Assembly (NCBI RefSeq): GCF_009914755.1
Contig: NC_060936.1
Origin: the human T2T-CHM13v2.0 reference genome, Homo sapiens
Direction: 5' to 3' (one strand)
Length of the DNA: 64,000 bases
Part shown: positions 1 to 14,116 of the stretch, piece by piece
How positions within the stretch are numbered: the stretch's first letter is position 1
Layout of the letters: every line of letters begins with the position of its first letter
Notes under the pieces: model-generated
The model's input: only the letters and a program-made list of their open reading frames with translations
What the model was told of the DNA's origin: nothing
Database searches by the model: none
Made by a program: the position numbers and the translations under genes

Positions 1-180
1 CCTGCTACTTATCACTGTGTGATACTGGACAAGTTACTTAACCTTTCTGTGCCTGTTTTCTCATCTGCAGAAATAGGTGCTGATAGTACCTACCTCATGG
101 GAGTGTTGTGAGGAGAAAATGTGTTAGCATGGGTACGACGTTTAGAATGGCATTTGCCACATGGTCTGGGAATAAATGTC
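1..180 (+). mobile_element. MIR SINE (one of many; others near 6270-6510, 7695-7830, 18570-18780, 27180-27410, 46690-46870, 53140-53330)
   Basis: GGACAAGTTACTTAACCTTTCTGTGCCTG...CTCATCTG MIR core. Confidence 0.8.
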
Positions 181-3100
181 AGCTGTCATTATGCTGTGGG
201 TATATAAATACACTACTCCTTGCAATATCAGTTTTTGCCCACACAATTTCCAGCCCTCTGCCCTCAGGTGAGCCAGCCTGTCTCATCTCAGGGCCTCATG
301 GTGGCTTAGCTCACTCAGCAGTGGGAGCAGGTGGCTGAGCTGCAGTCAGGGTTCTGTGAACGCGGTGGGTTGAGGAGGGAAAGGAATGAGGTTTGGAGTC
401 CTTTTGTTGTTTTGCTTGGGTCAGAAGGAATCTGTGGTAGCATGCAGTCATGATCTTATTTTACAGCTGCAGGATGTTGGTAGACAAACTTCTCCCTAAT
501 CTATATGATCTATAAGCCCAAACGGCCTTTAATAGGGGGCGGTCACAGGAGGTCAGTGGCCTCCTCCTTCACAGCAGCTATGTGATGTGGCTGAGCTCTG
601 AGAAAGAGCACTTGGCTGTGGTGCAACTGGCCTAGAATTCATAGCCCCATTCTCTTGATCTGAGTTGCTTCTGGGGGATGAGCGTGGCACCACAGCGTCT
701 CAGGTGCTATATAGGGGACTTCCCAAGAGTTGCCCGTATCGGTTGTAAGGTGCTGTCTACATGAGGGGATGGTTTTATGAATACACAAGGGAGAGTTACC
801 AGCAGAGTGATGGCGAAAGCTTTGAGCTAGATGGTTTTCATCTTCCTGAAACATCGCCCTAGGGTTTTCCTGATGTTTCCATCAATCTGTTAAGTGCAGT
901 GTGTGGTCGTGTCCCTCAGGGACTTTCCCATTTACTCTGGAAGACCAAACTTATAGGCTACACTCTGGGTGCAGACAGTGCTAGTCCTGTGGGGAGTTGG
1001 GAAAAAGGAGTGGGAGGCTTTGTGGCCGAGGAGGGGCTTCAGGGCAGCAAGGATGACGGCTGGGTTTGAACAGTCAGTGGAGAAGGAAGTGTGGAAAGGC
1101 CAGAGAAGTAGACATGGATGTGTGCATGCCAGAGAGGGCAGGCAGACAGGGTTCATGGAGGGGGCAGAAGCAGCACATTGACCTCTGCTTCTGCCAGAAG
1201 ATCAGAGGGGATATCGGGGGGGTGGTCTGGCCAGAGTAAGGGCAGCCTTGAAGCCCCGATGGAATAATTTTGACTTGATTCTATGGAAAATGACATACGA
1301 CAGTGTAGGAGGGCTTGTCTTCTAACTGAAACCAGCTGGGAATCTTTCCCAGTAGAGTCAAGGGCAGGGCAGAGCGAGGGCCTTTGGCAGCATGTGCAAA
1401 TGTACATGCATGTAACCATTGTGTGTGGCCCACCATGCTTTTAAACCTACCTTTACCTCCTCTAGTTCTTCATATCTCTTAACCCTCTTGTCTGTGAGCA
1501 TCAACAATCCGGGGCTTACACAGACAACACCACAGTGTGCCATCTTGCCAGAAGGAGAAACTGAGGCACTCTATTCTAAAGAGGCTGGTTCTAGGACCTG
1601 CCCTTGAATCACTGTGGAGTAAGACCCAGAGTGTGGGCTGCCAGGCCCCTTCCTTCAGGGATCTGGCTTCTAAAGTTGGTTCTTTTCCTGTATCTCATAA
1701 AGAGGGAAAGGATGGGCCTAAGAGAGGTTATTTGGACAAATGGCCATTGTAATTGCCTCCTATCAGACACAGGTGGATAGAGGCAGGTGTGGGGAAGAGG
1801 GCTGCCTGGATCTGGGATTCCCAATCCCCCATACTCCTTGGCCTATTGTTGAGGGGGAGCTAGAGGAGGGGTGCGGACTTAGCAGGTTAAGAAAGATAAA
1901 CGCTTACTCTTTAACAGTGGGAAAGAGGGACGGAAGAGTAAGATTGAAATCTGAGGCAAGAGGAGTGGCCTAACCTGGTGGAGGCAGGAGAGGCGCGTGT
2001 CCTCTACATGCCCGTCCAAGTCCCTGGTAGGTTCGTCCTTGCTCTGAGGGAAGAGTGTGGGCCACAGGCCATGGGGACACTCTGAGGATGTGGGTGCTGC
2101 CCATCTTGAAGTTTCTCCCCACCCCTCTCCGGAGCTGCTACCATTGTCCTTTGCCCTCGGAGTGCTCTCCTCCCACCCCCGCCGCCTCTTGTTCTCTTTC
2201 TCCCTTGAGCCGTTAGAATGGCAGGGAGCCCAGCCAGGGCCTGGACGGCGGCCTCAGCTCCCTGTTCTCAATAATTGTGTGTGTGTGCATGTGTGCATGT
2301 GTACGTGTGAGTGCCTGTGTGTGTGCATTGTGTGTAGGGGCTGGGGCTGGAGTCGACAACAGATCAGAGCACAGGAGTAGAGCGCTTCTGGGAGGGTGGG
2401 GCCACCCGTGAGTCACGTCCTGCACCCTGGAGCCCAGAGGACCCTTCGCTCAAACCCACCACCAGCTGGCAACACCGGACCAGACCAGCCGGAGCCGCTT
2501 TCTTCGCTGCGCAGAGGAGCCTGGGAGAAGCCAGAGGTGTAAGTCAAGCTGTGGAGGGACTGGGTGTGGCTGAGCCCCGTGACAAGTGGGAGGAGCCAGG
2601 GATGCTTGGGAGGGGAGGCACTGTGCGCGAGAGAGGAGGGAAAGGGGAAGCGTTCGTGCCTCTCTGCCCCCTGTCCCCCTCTTGCTGCATAGTAGCCACA
2701 TCCATGTCTCTTGTACCCTGCAATCTGGAGGCCACTGCCAGAAGCTGGAAATCTCAAGTAGAGCAGCAAAAGGTATGAGGATTGACACAAAGTTGTGGCC
2801 GATGGAGGCTCCCCAAAGTGCATGGAAGGTGGTGATCCAGTGTCTAAAGGCAGGAGTACTGGGGCAACCCCATAGCTGGGGGTCCTATGGGAGAGACTGA
2901 GGAACTTCGGTTTGTGGACTCTCAGTCAACTGTGTTACTGAGGAGGGGAAAGGAAAGTAGATGAGTTGGTGGTTTGAACAAGACCCAAATCTTGCTTCTA
3001 CTTATAGGTGCTCACAATGGCCAGTGCCCTGGAAAAGCTCTGGAATAAATACACCTGGGCCTTAGAAAGCAGAGGCAGGAGACAATGCCATCCAGTGGGA

Positions 3101-6100
3101 GCTTTCATTTGTTTCCTCAGCCAGCCTCTGTGTCAGGCTTTTTGGGAACAAGGGCTGGATGAACAAGACCTTGGGAGTTCCTGTGGGGAGGGACTGGGGG
3201 TGAATGGGCAGTGTGGCTGGCCCGGTGATCACTTCTCCTCTGCTTGTCTAGGCTTGAGGATGGATTCTTGGCTCCTGGTGCATTGCCACTCCCTGCCACC
3301 CTCCTCCTTGTCTTCTATCTTCTCCTGGTGGCGTCAGGCCTTGCTTCGTGTCCCAACAGGAGCCTCTGGGGCTGGCACAGCCCTCACTGCCTACAACCTG
3401 GGCCTGGTGGTTCTCCTAGGGTGCCTCTGGGAGGTAAGGCTGGTGGGCTGGGGTTCCTGGAGAGTTCTAGGATCTTTTTTTGGAGGGCTGACCAAGGGAT
3501 AAGTAGAACCATGATATTCCTACATAGAAAATTGAAAAGCCTTTTTGATGGGGTCACATGCAGGAGCTGGGATTCTGTGCCATCGTTGGCTGCTCAATCC
3601 CTGTTGCAAACTTTCACTCTTCATTTCCTCACATGAGAGAGTACAGGTCAGTGGCAAGCCAGAGTGGAATTCCTTATCCCTCCCACCTCATGTGGATCCC
3701 CAGTCTCCTGTTTCCACCTGGGCTCTGTTCATCTCTGCCTGGTTTTCTGATCCCCAAATCTGGTATTCCTTTCAGACCTTGTAAACAGTCATTCAGCAGG
3801 TGTATATCAAATATATGCTTCGTGCCAGGCTGTGTTTGGCCTGCAGAATCCCTGTTGGATAAGGCCCCCCTGCCCTCCAGAGGCTCACAGTCTAGAGGGG
3901 AGACAGGTGTGGACACAGGCAGTTGCAATGCAGTGTGTTGAGTGGGCAACAGAGAGGATGTATCACGCACCAAGGGCAGGCAGGATGGGGCAGTAACCTG
4001 GTCTCTGGTCCAGGGGTGAGGATGTCAGGAAAAGCTTTTCACAGGTGGTAATGATCATCACAGATGTGTTTCCATGTTGATTACAGGCAAGGAATTGGTG
4101 TCGACACTTTATGAGGATTGGCTCATCTAATCCTCATGATAGCACTGTTTGAGGCACAGAGGGGTTAAGTAACTTAGCAGGTGGCAAGGCACAGAGGCAG
4201 AGTGCAAACCAGGCACCCTGACTGAACAGCTTGCAGCCTCCTCCTCCATCTCTTCCACCTGTTGGTGAGTTAGCAGGGAGGAGACAGAAGAAGCAGGTCC
4301 GGACAGCCCCATCTCTTCCAACTCCTCTTCGTCTCTTCCTTTCTTATTGCTGAGCTACAGTGCATCCTCCACCCTACTGACAATAATCTACCCCAAGCAC
4401 AGGGAGGATGGTTCCACTGCCTGCTAGGAGCCTCTGATGCTTCCCATCCCGCAGAGGCTGAGGCTGAACCCCCTTCATGGACACATGAAGCCCTCTAGAG
4501 TCCTCTCTGGCCTTGTCTTCCACTCCGCCTCGTCTCCCTCTATATGCTCTCAGCAGCCTTGCACACCACCCTCATCCAGCACAGGCCTGCTCGCCAGCCC
4601 ACACAGCCATGCTCAGCAAGTCCTCAGGCCTGGGCACATCACTGATTTTCTGCCAGAATTGCTCTTGTCCCCCAATCTCCTGACAAACTCCTGCACATCC
4701 TTTAGATTCAGGTCAGTTGTCGCCTCACAGGAAGCGGTCCCTGACTCCTCTACGGCCAGGTTATTTGTTTCCTTGCTTAGCCATTCCCAGCTCTGGGTAC
4801 AGTCCTGGACTTTCTGAGGTGGGCTGGAGCCACTCTACCCGCGGGTGAGCACCAGGTGTGGGTCTCCCCGCAAATTCATGTTCAGTGACTTTGTGCGAAA
4901 TAACTTGAAGTCCCTCCACCCTGGTGGCAGTATTTACACCATAGGAATTGACAAACCCTGCAGACACCTCCCCCACCTTAGGAGCTTATTAAGGATATAC
5001 TGACCCCCCACTGACTGTGTCTTTCTCCAACTGTGTCACCACTTTCGTATGTGTCTTTCTCCCCTCCCAAATGGCAAGTACTTCAAAGGCAAGGCCTCTG
5101 TCTTATTTATCCGTTTACAGACAGACCCAGCGTACTGTCTGGTAGCACATGAGGGCTGCCAATAACTCATGAGACGTGAGGCATGCCCTAGAGAATTTGT
5201 CATTTAATTATGGCAACCAGGCATTCTCCTGCCACCCCAGTCCCTTGAAAACTCTGCCACGCCCACAGTCAGCTTCCTGCTCAGAAACCTCAGTAGGTCC
5301 TTTTGCATATATGGCCAGAATGCCACGTCCCCCAAGGTAGGGATTTGTATCTGTTTGGTTTTATCAATGAGATCCAGTGCTCAGAACAGTGCCCAGCATG
5401 GAGAAATGCTTTGTACCTTTCAACACATTATTGTCAAATAAATCAATAAATGATAAAATTCAAGCTCCTTACAACAGGCTTCAAGACCCTTTATTCACAA
5501 TTCTGTCTCTCCAATTCTGTGGCCAGCTTCTCCTTTGGTCAGAGCCTCCGCACCAGTCCCGCTGATCTCCTAGTTAGCCCCTCAGGTCCAGGTACCACAT
5601 ACTCTTGTCCTGGCATGAAACTCCCACTCCCTCCCCTCTGTCTGCCCAAAGCCGCCTCATTCTTTGATCCGACTCCTGGAACACCTGCTATTTTCTACTC
5701 TTCCTCTAGCACCAACCTGTAAGGTTAGGATTTTTTTCTACATTCTCAGCCAGGCTTTGAGCTCCTTAGGGTAGGGCTGGCGTATGGACCACCTTGGTGT
5801 CTCCAGCACCCACCTCAGGCTTTCATGCATAGTAGGCACCCGGGGTAGGGTTGTAGCCTATATTTGCTCACATTAAAAAATTAGAGACCAGCAAGATATA
5901 TGCAAGTTGCCGCCTCTAACCTCGCCACCCCATGGAGTTTCTTTTTAGCAGTTGTTGACCAAGTGTCAGCAGAGGTTGCATTGGGGTGTTGGTGTTCAGG
6001 AGCCCGAGCCAGTCGGGGCTCACCATGGTGGCAGCAGGCTTTATGACTTGGTCTTTTCCTCTTTCCTTTTCCTCTCAGGTCATGGTCACCCCGCTGCTGG

Positions 6101-7022
6101 CTAACTGCAGCTACTTCTGCCAGCCAGTGGACTACAGATGGAGAAAGCATGGAATGAGGGTATGGCAGGGAGCAGGAAGCAAGCCTGGAGAGGGTTAGGA
6201 GGAACAACTTCATAACAATCGGAGGTCAAGGAGGTATCACCTGAGCCTTTTGATGAGAGGCAGGGGACTAGCTAGTTTTGGAGTCAGATAACATCAATTT
6301 GGATCTCAGCTCTGCCAGTTACTTGCTGTGTGACTCTGGGTGGCACACCTAACTCTTCTGGGACTCAATTTTCTTATCTATAAGATTGAGATAATAATAC
6401 CTATTTTATAAAGCGAAATGATTGAAGGAAGACGGAATCAGATAATATATGATAGATAATATATGAAAGTGTTTAGCACAGGGGCCGGCACACACTGAGC
6501 GGTAGCTAGGTGGTAGTGATTTCATCACTGTTAGCTGTTCTCTGTTTCAACTGGAAGCAGAACAAAAGACTCTAGCTGAAGCCTGTCTCCAGGTAGCTAA
6601 GGCTTCTCACCAGCTGATATGGATGTTGAGTCACTGGATGTTGGTGATGGGCTCATGTCCTGTGACTCAAAGTATGATCCTTGGGCCAGCAGCATCATTT
6701 GGGAGCTTGTTGGAAATGCAGAATCTGTGCTCCACCCCAGGCACACTGATTAAGAATCTTCTTTTCAACGAACAAGATGCCCACATGCTCATTAGATTCC
6801 AAGGTTCTGGGCTGGGGCACATTTGGAGAGTCCTTCTGTGGTCACTCCAGTAGCTTCTCCCCTTCTTTCCTGTGCGAACAGGCATCTTCCTGGAGACAGG
6901 AAGGTAGGCACTGTGGAATCAGCGGTGCGTAGAACAGTGAGGATTTGGGGCTGAACCCAGCCCAGGTGGGCCAAGCCGTGGCACCAGCCGGACTGCAGTC
7001 TGATGGAACTTCCCCTTCCTGC

Positions 7023-7036
7023 CCAGCAGATGGCGA
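7023..7036 (+). promoter_or_regulatory. Candidate CTCF core motif
   Basis: CCAGCAGATGGCGA fits CCASYAGRKGGCR. Confidence 0.4.
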
Positions 7037-7881
7037 GCGTGTGCTGCTGGTGCCTCTTTCCAAAGGACGTTGAATTGCTTGACAGGTAAGATCCCGGACC
7101 CATGGGCTCCTGTATATCCGTCAGCCAAATCTGGGGTGGTGTCTGACTCTGCCAGCAAGAATGCTCTCTAGGTTTGCCCAGGCAGCCATGCCAGAGACTA
7201 ATTTCAGAGTAAAGCCTTGGTCCAGTACCTGGCTGAGGGAGGATGCTCAGCCACTGAGGTAGCATCCCTCTCTGCCGGCTCCCCTGGTCCCTGCTTTCTA
7301 TCAACAGAAGTAGGAGTAGGCATTTGCCCCATTAGTATCCAGGTTCCAGGTAAAATTAAAATGGAAAATTAAACAAATTTTAAAACTGACATGATATAGC
7401 AAGGGTCATCCAACGGCAAAAGCCATCCTTCCATGTTAATGAGAAGAAACCTTGCTGGTGAGGCCAGGGAGCTTGTGGGATTAAGCAGGGTGGGGCAAGA
7501 GCATAATGTTGGTGTGGTTGGTGATGAAAAGAGGGTACTCTTTCTTCTCAGTCTCTTGCCAAAATGATCTGAGCAAAGATCACGTGGGAATGTGTTGTGT
7601 GGGTGTCCGGATCTTGGGCTGACTGTTCAACACCTGAACTCTTACCCCGGTGGCCTGGGGGGCAAGGATCGGACATTGGAAAGAACCCAGTCTCTGAAGC
7701 CAGACTGTTCTGATCCCAGTTTGGCCACCTACTAGTTGTGTGCCTTTGGGCAAGTTACTTAACCTTTCTGTGCCTCTGTTTTTTTTTTTTTTTTTTTCTT
7801 GAAAAATGGAAGTAGTAGAAGTATAAACTGCACACAATTATGTGGTATTTAAGTGATTATTTTATACACATAAAGTAGAAT

Positions 7882-10800
7882 AGTGTTCTCTTCCCTCCTC
7901 TTCCCACCACACAGCCCTGCCCAGCATCTAGAAGACCACCTGAAGCTTTCACACTTTGAGACCTTAGATCCTGCGAGGGTTTGAATTTCAAAAGCTTCAA
8001 TTAAAGCACACAGTAGGTCATAAATTGGTGTTTGACTGTTGTTATTTCCCTTTAGTTTTACTCTCTTCTTCAGTAAAACAGGTAGAATTACCATATCCCA
8101 CTCTAAGGGGTAGTTGAGGCCCCTGGAGAAGTCTGGAGAAAGGAGACCTCCAGAGTTGATGCCATCTCTTCCTCCTCTCCAGGTGTTCTTTACTTTATGA
8201 ATGAAGCCAGAGCAGCCCACCTTCCTGCATCTCTACCACCATGGCACCATGCCCTGTGATGGGTGGGCTGGAGTCAAATATGTAGCAGGCAGCCAGGTAA
8301 GTGATGTGCGCCGTGGACGGCCCTGCTCCAGGCCCTAGTAAGGCAGGTCTGCTGGGCTGGTCTGCTGGGCTGAGTCCCAGCTCAGGAGACCTGCATCCCT
8401 GGAATATCATGGCTGGTCTCTAACTTTTCCCTTCCCTGAGGTCATGAGACCAGGCCTCTGCTCCCATTTGTCCCTGTGGCTCCTCAGAGCTCTCGGGCTA
8501 CCCCTCTCTGGGATGGGGAGGTGGCTGCTGGGAGATGCTCATAGCCATCAGCCCAGAGAACACAAAGGTAGTAGAAACATTCTCATTGAGCATCTCAATA
8601 ACTCCAGCCCTCCATCATCACGATCTCAGATGGCTCATGCCGGACCTCTGCAGGATAAGGTCTTTCCAGGGATTCTCTGTGGAGATTGCAGAGGTGCTCT
8701 CTGCAGCTTGGAGGATTGAAACATCAAAGAGAACTCCCACACCACAGCTAAGCCCAGCTCCACTTATTTTCCTTTATCTCCCCACACCCCACTCTGCAGC
8801 CTTCTTCATAGGGATGCTTAATTCTTTTGTCCATGTCTTCATGGACTGGCCAGGTTGTGGCCTTCTATGTGGCCCTGCTTCTGGTGGAAATGATATCTTA
8901 CCACCCTACAGCTGGTAAGGAGATCTCATTGGCTCCAGGGGCCTTGGCTGAACCCTTGGTTCTATTCTTGGCTTGTCACTCTATACCAGTGACTTGGCAT
9001 CTGCCCATAAACAAGCCCTCTCATCCTTAGATCTTCCTTAGCTTCCTAACTTGCAAGGGCCTCGGTAGCCATCTCATCAGATCCTGGAACTAACCCTAAC
9101 TCACTGGCACAGTGTGGGACTTTGAGCAAATGGCTTCCATGCTCAGGTCTCAATGTCATTATCTATAAAATGAGGGCCTCAGCCAGATGACCTCTAAGCA
9201 TTAATATCCTGTGAGTCTGTGATCACCGATTGCACCCTCCAGGTGCCTGGATGTCTTGCAGTTTTGGGAGAACCACTGCCCCCCAGATGGTGATGACAGC
9301 CTAAAGTGTCCCATACGGGGCTCTGGATAGACTGAGTTTATCATCAGGGCCACCATGACATGGCTGGATGGGGGAATTGGGGAAACCAGGACCAGGAGAA
9401 GGGTCAAGAAGATTCTTGGGATCATGGGGTGGAAAAAACTGACTGCTCTCCCTTCTCTTTCTTCTCATGCTTTCTTTTGCCCAGGGTCAGTTTGTGGCCA
9501 CTGCTGCCCCCTCTTCCTACAGTCTCCTCACTGAGTGCCCCTTCCCTGTTGGGTTCAACACATCTGTGCTCCTGTAAGCCCTCAGCCTCCTCGTTCTCTT
9601 CCTCAACTTCTACCACCAGACACATCTGAGAAGCAAGCAAGAGAGGCTGAACTAGGAGCAGGACCCAGGGACTGAAACCAGCACAGCATCCCCACAGAGA
9701 ATTGGGTGGAAGGCAGCATGGCTTCCAGCTTACTGGTGCTGAGCAGATTGCTCTGGGTCTCCATTGTATCCTCTGAAGGAAGGAGGAGGATTGCCTTCTG
9801 TCCAGATCTCAGGATCAAACAAATAGGTCCAATTTCCTGTGCTCACTTCAGTTAGAGCACTTCTCATGTGACTTTGTAGCTTTGTGTGCATCTCCTTCCT
9901 CTACTAGACCTAAGCCCCTCACGGGAGGGACTCTCTTATTCTTGATGTTCCCCACACCTGGAATTTCAATAAACATCTCAATAAACGTGTGTGTTTGGAT
10001 CCTTGGATCCCATGACTGCCGTCATAACCTTGGTGAAGAAGAGGGCTGGGAGTAGGAAAGAGGTCAAGGTTCGCTTGATCTCTAACCCTATAGTGGGAAA
10101 TTGTGACGGAGAATATTCAAGAGTGGGTGTGGGTCTGTTTGATTTCAGGTGTAGCTGTGTAAATAGTTAGCCCTGCATATATTTTTGTCTACTCACAACT
10201 GCCTGCATGTGTATTCATAGAGTTGTGTGATTCTGTGTATGTGCCTGGGGAGTGGGAGAGGGCCATGTGCACATGTCTGAATACTTGTTTTCAAATATAC
10301 ATGCATGTTTCCATTTGGGTTTCTCTCCATTTGTGTTGTTTGCCTGCCTCTTCTGTAAGTCTCTGAAAGTGCCACATTGGCAAATAAAAGCCACTGGGAT
10401 CAATAATTCTCCTGTTCTGATGGGAGACATGGAAGCCCACTGAGAAATCTCCGAATATATGTTCCACTAAGAGCTTCCAAAAATAAATGGGAAAAAAGGA
10501 GAAATGGGGCACACCCATCTTCTTCACAGAGAGGGAAACTGAGGACCAGCAAAGGGGAATATATGACTGAGATACTATGGCAGAAGCAAATATTGGCTGA
10601 GCTGTTCAAACCCAGAATAGGATGGGTTTCTTGAAAGCAGTTTGCCTGGGAGCTGTCTCTATGTCTCCAGTATGATGACTTTTCTCCTTTATAATTGCCC
10701 TTCGGCTGTTTTTCATCTCTAGGTAAGTTCTTATTTTGCCATGCCTCAATAGTCAAGAAAATTAAAGAATTGCTGAAGGTTATGCAGTGCTATTTGGGGA

Positions 10801-12114
10801 CTGTGTCTCCATCTGGCCTTTTAGTTAATCAACCCAAGGCCAGGCAAGGCTACATCCTGTGGACAGAATACTCAGAGAAAATTCCCTCTAAATTACGCAG
10901 GATGTGAGCACATTCCACACCTTTTCCATGCACTGGTTGAGTGCCTTTGGGTGGGCGGTGGGGGGTGGTGAGGTGCTTATTTTAAGGCAAACTGTTATAT
11001 TTTTTTAAACACAGGAGTAAGGTTTGTTCATTTGCTTAGCAGCCAAGGGAAGGGAAAAATTAGTCACTTCACAGTTTAGCATTAATATTTGCCCAGTTCT
11101 TTGTGGCTGCCTCAGCCTGATAAAGCAGCGCAAAGGGAAATGATATGTTCCAGGTCACGTCTGAATGGAATGAGACTTTTGCTGGGGAGAGCCTTTGTGA
11201 GGCAGTGTCCCAGAGAGAGTTTGGGGGAAATTCTCAATGGACTGAAGGCCCTTCATTTTTCTATCCTGTACTACTATGTAACAACTCCAGCTCTGATGTA
11301 GGAGTGCTTTGTAGGTATTGTTCATCAGTGTAGGTTGATTGTGTGAATATGATAAACCAAAGTGGTTTATATTTAGCAAAAATACCAAAATTCTTAACTA
11401 ATATTGTAGACGTTCATCTCTATGAACTGTTCAAGATAATGACAAGGAAGGGTGGTGGTAGACATTTAAGTATATAACATAGCAGGGCTGGGCTACTGCT
11501 CAGAGAAAAGGAGGCTCAGAGTACTGGGAGGGAATGTTCCAGAGACAGAAGTAGGGGGCAGGCCCCCACCCCCTGTCTCCCATGAGCTTCCAGCAACTGA
11601 CGGTTTGGGCTCCTGGCTGTCACCTCATAAATCAGAGTACATCTAATTGAGAGATAAAAACCACCTCCCAGTGGCCTTCATTGTCCTCTTCCTGCTAAAA
11701 ATTCTGTGGAGACCTCTCCTCCCAACCCACCCCCATACATACTCCACTGTCCACTCAGCTGACCACATGTCCCCAAGAGCTGCTGCAGCCTGACCAGTCC
11801 TCTTGGAGCCAGGAATCAGAAGAAAAGATGATTTGATTTCCTCCTTTCCTACCCTCCCTTTCTCTTTTTCTTGCAATTCTCCATATACATGGAGGAACAT
11901 CTTTCTAAAGAAGCAAGTGCTTGCTTTTTGTCCTCGGTCCCTGAGTACTCTTTGGGCAAAATGTTTGTTACAAAGGAAATGGAGAGCTTTAATGGGGCTT
12001 TTGAAATTCAAACCCTCCCAAACAGGATTTAAGGTCGCCCAGTGTGAAAGCTTCAGCTGTTCTGTTAGACGCTGGACAGGGATATGTGGTGGGAAGAGGA
12101 GGGAATAGAACACT
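7882..12114. repeat. Diverged inverted repeat pair, about 128 bp, about 4 kb apart
   Basis: 7882-8007 aligns with the reverse complement of 11986-12114 at about 84% by hand alignment. Confidence 0.9.
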
Positions 12115-12977
12115 GAGAAATAAAAGACCCTGGTTTCAGGAATCTTGTATTTTAGTGGGGGTAAGGCATACAAAGGTGTCTGAATAAAATTAGGGAAGAG
12201 TGACTTAAACCAGCCATGCATAACAGCCATTATAAAGTTAGAGACACATTCGCGAGGGAGGCAGTTCTGGATTCTCAGAACATCTGAGCTCAGAATCTAC
12301 CTTTGTCCTCTTCCTGGCTGTGGGAGGGATGCTGGGCAGTTCACATCATTTTTTTTTTAGTGCATTTTTCATGTATAGAATCAGGATAGGAGGTGCATTT
12401 GGCTCTAATAAATATACTTTGGTAGAATAATAACACAGTCATTACAAACCCTTCTTGAAAAATATTTAATAATTTAGCAATGCAATGTTAAATAAAAAAG
12501 TAGGAAAATCTCTATTTTGAAAAGAATTATATATAAAACATAAACACGGAAATGTTCACTAGATGGTGAAATTATGGATGTTTTTTATTGTTTTGTATTT
12601 TCCTGTTTTCTGCAATGCCTATTTTTACTCATAAAAATTTAATATTATAATGTGATGAATCCAGGATTGTTATTCTTTTTTTCTGATGATTATTGAAGTA
12701 TTTATTTGATCTGCTAATCAGGTCTTCATTATTGACCTGCATACTTGACCCCACTGTTGACCTCTCATGCATTCAACACACAAATATTGGGGGTTTGCTG
12801 CCTTCTAGGCACTGAGCTGGGTCTTGGGGGTCCAGACACAAAGACCAGACTTGATTTTCATTGTAAGGACCATGTAAATGCTTACAAAGTAAAGCCTTTA
12901 GCCACATCCACTGCTCTAGGGAAAGTAAAAAAGCCAGTCTGGTCAGAGGGTGGGAGTGAAAGGATTTTGTGCCAAAA

Positions 12978-13014
<37 letters not shown>

Positions 13015-13078
13015 TGAAAATGGGGCGGGTTGCTAATCTCCCTGAATCAAGTCTTCCTGTGGCAACCTCATTCTTGGG

Positions 13079-14026
13079 CAGAATGGGAGAAAATTTTTGC
13101 AATCTACTCATCTGACAAGGGCTAATATTCAGAATCTACAAAGAACCCAAACAAATTTACAAGAAAAAAACAAACAACCCCATCAAAAACTGCGCAAAGG
13201 ATATGAACAGACACTTCTCAAAAGAAGACATTTATGCAGCCGACAGACACATGAAAAAATGCCCACCATCACTGGCCATCAGAGAAATGCAAATCTAAAC
13301 CACAATGAGATACCATCTCACACCAGTTAGAATGGCGATCATTAAAAAGTCAGGAAACAACAGATCCTGGAGAGGATGTGGAGAAATAGGAACACTTTTA
13401 CACTGTTGGTGGGACTGTAAACTAGTTCAACGATTGTGGAAGACAGTGTGGCGATTCCTCAGGGATCTAGAACTAGAAATATGGTTTGACCCAGCCATCC
13501 CATTACTGGGTATATACCCAAAGGAATATAAAACATGCTGCTATAAAGACACATGCACACGTATGTTTCTTGCGGCACTACTCACAATAGCAAAGACTTG
13601 GAATCAACCCAAATGTCCAACAATGATAGACTGGATTAAGAAAATGTGGCACATATACACCATGGAATACTATGCAGCCATAAAAAATGATGAGTTCATG
13701 TCCTTTGTGGGGACATGGATGAAGCTGGAAGCCATCATTCTCAGCAAACTATCGCAAGGACAAAAAACCAAACACCGCATGTTCTCACTCACAGGTGGGA
13801 ATTGAACAATGAGAACACTTGGACACAGGAAGGGGAACATCACACAATGGGGCCTGTTGTGGGGGAGTGGGGGGAGGGATAGCATTAGGAGATATACCTA
13901 ATGTAAATGACGAGTTAATGGGTGCAGCACACCAACATGGCACATGTATACATATGTAACAAACCTGCACGTTGTGCACATGTACCCTAGAACTTAAAGT
14001 ATAATAAAAAAATATAAAAAAAAAAA
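13079..14026 (+). mobile_element. 5'-truncated L1PA (roughly PA4-PA6): ORF2 C-terminus, 3' UTR, poly(A)
   Basis: ORF 13305-13805 is the ORF2p C-terminal region ([36 protein letters not shown]); primate L1 3' UTR ending AAAGTATAATAAAA. Confidence 0.95.
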
Positions 14027-14116
14027 CATTATGCACATCTAAGAACTAAATTTTGCACAGACCATGGACTCATTCCATGTTAATAGGGAGGTTTCTTGGA
14101 GTAAGAATCTAAGGGA

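Noticed and set aside
13305-13805. 166-aa ORF as a gene
   Set aside because: C-terminal fragment of L1 ORF2p in a truncated element.
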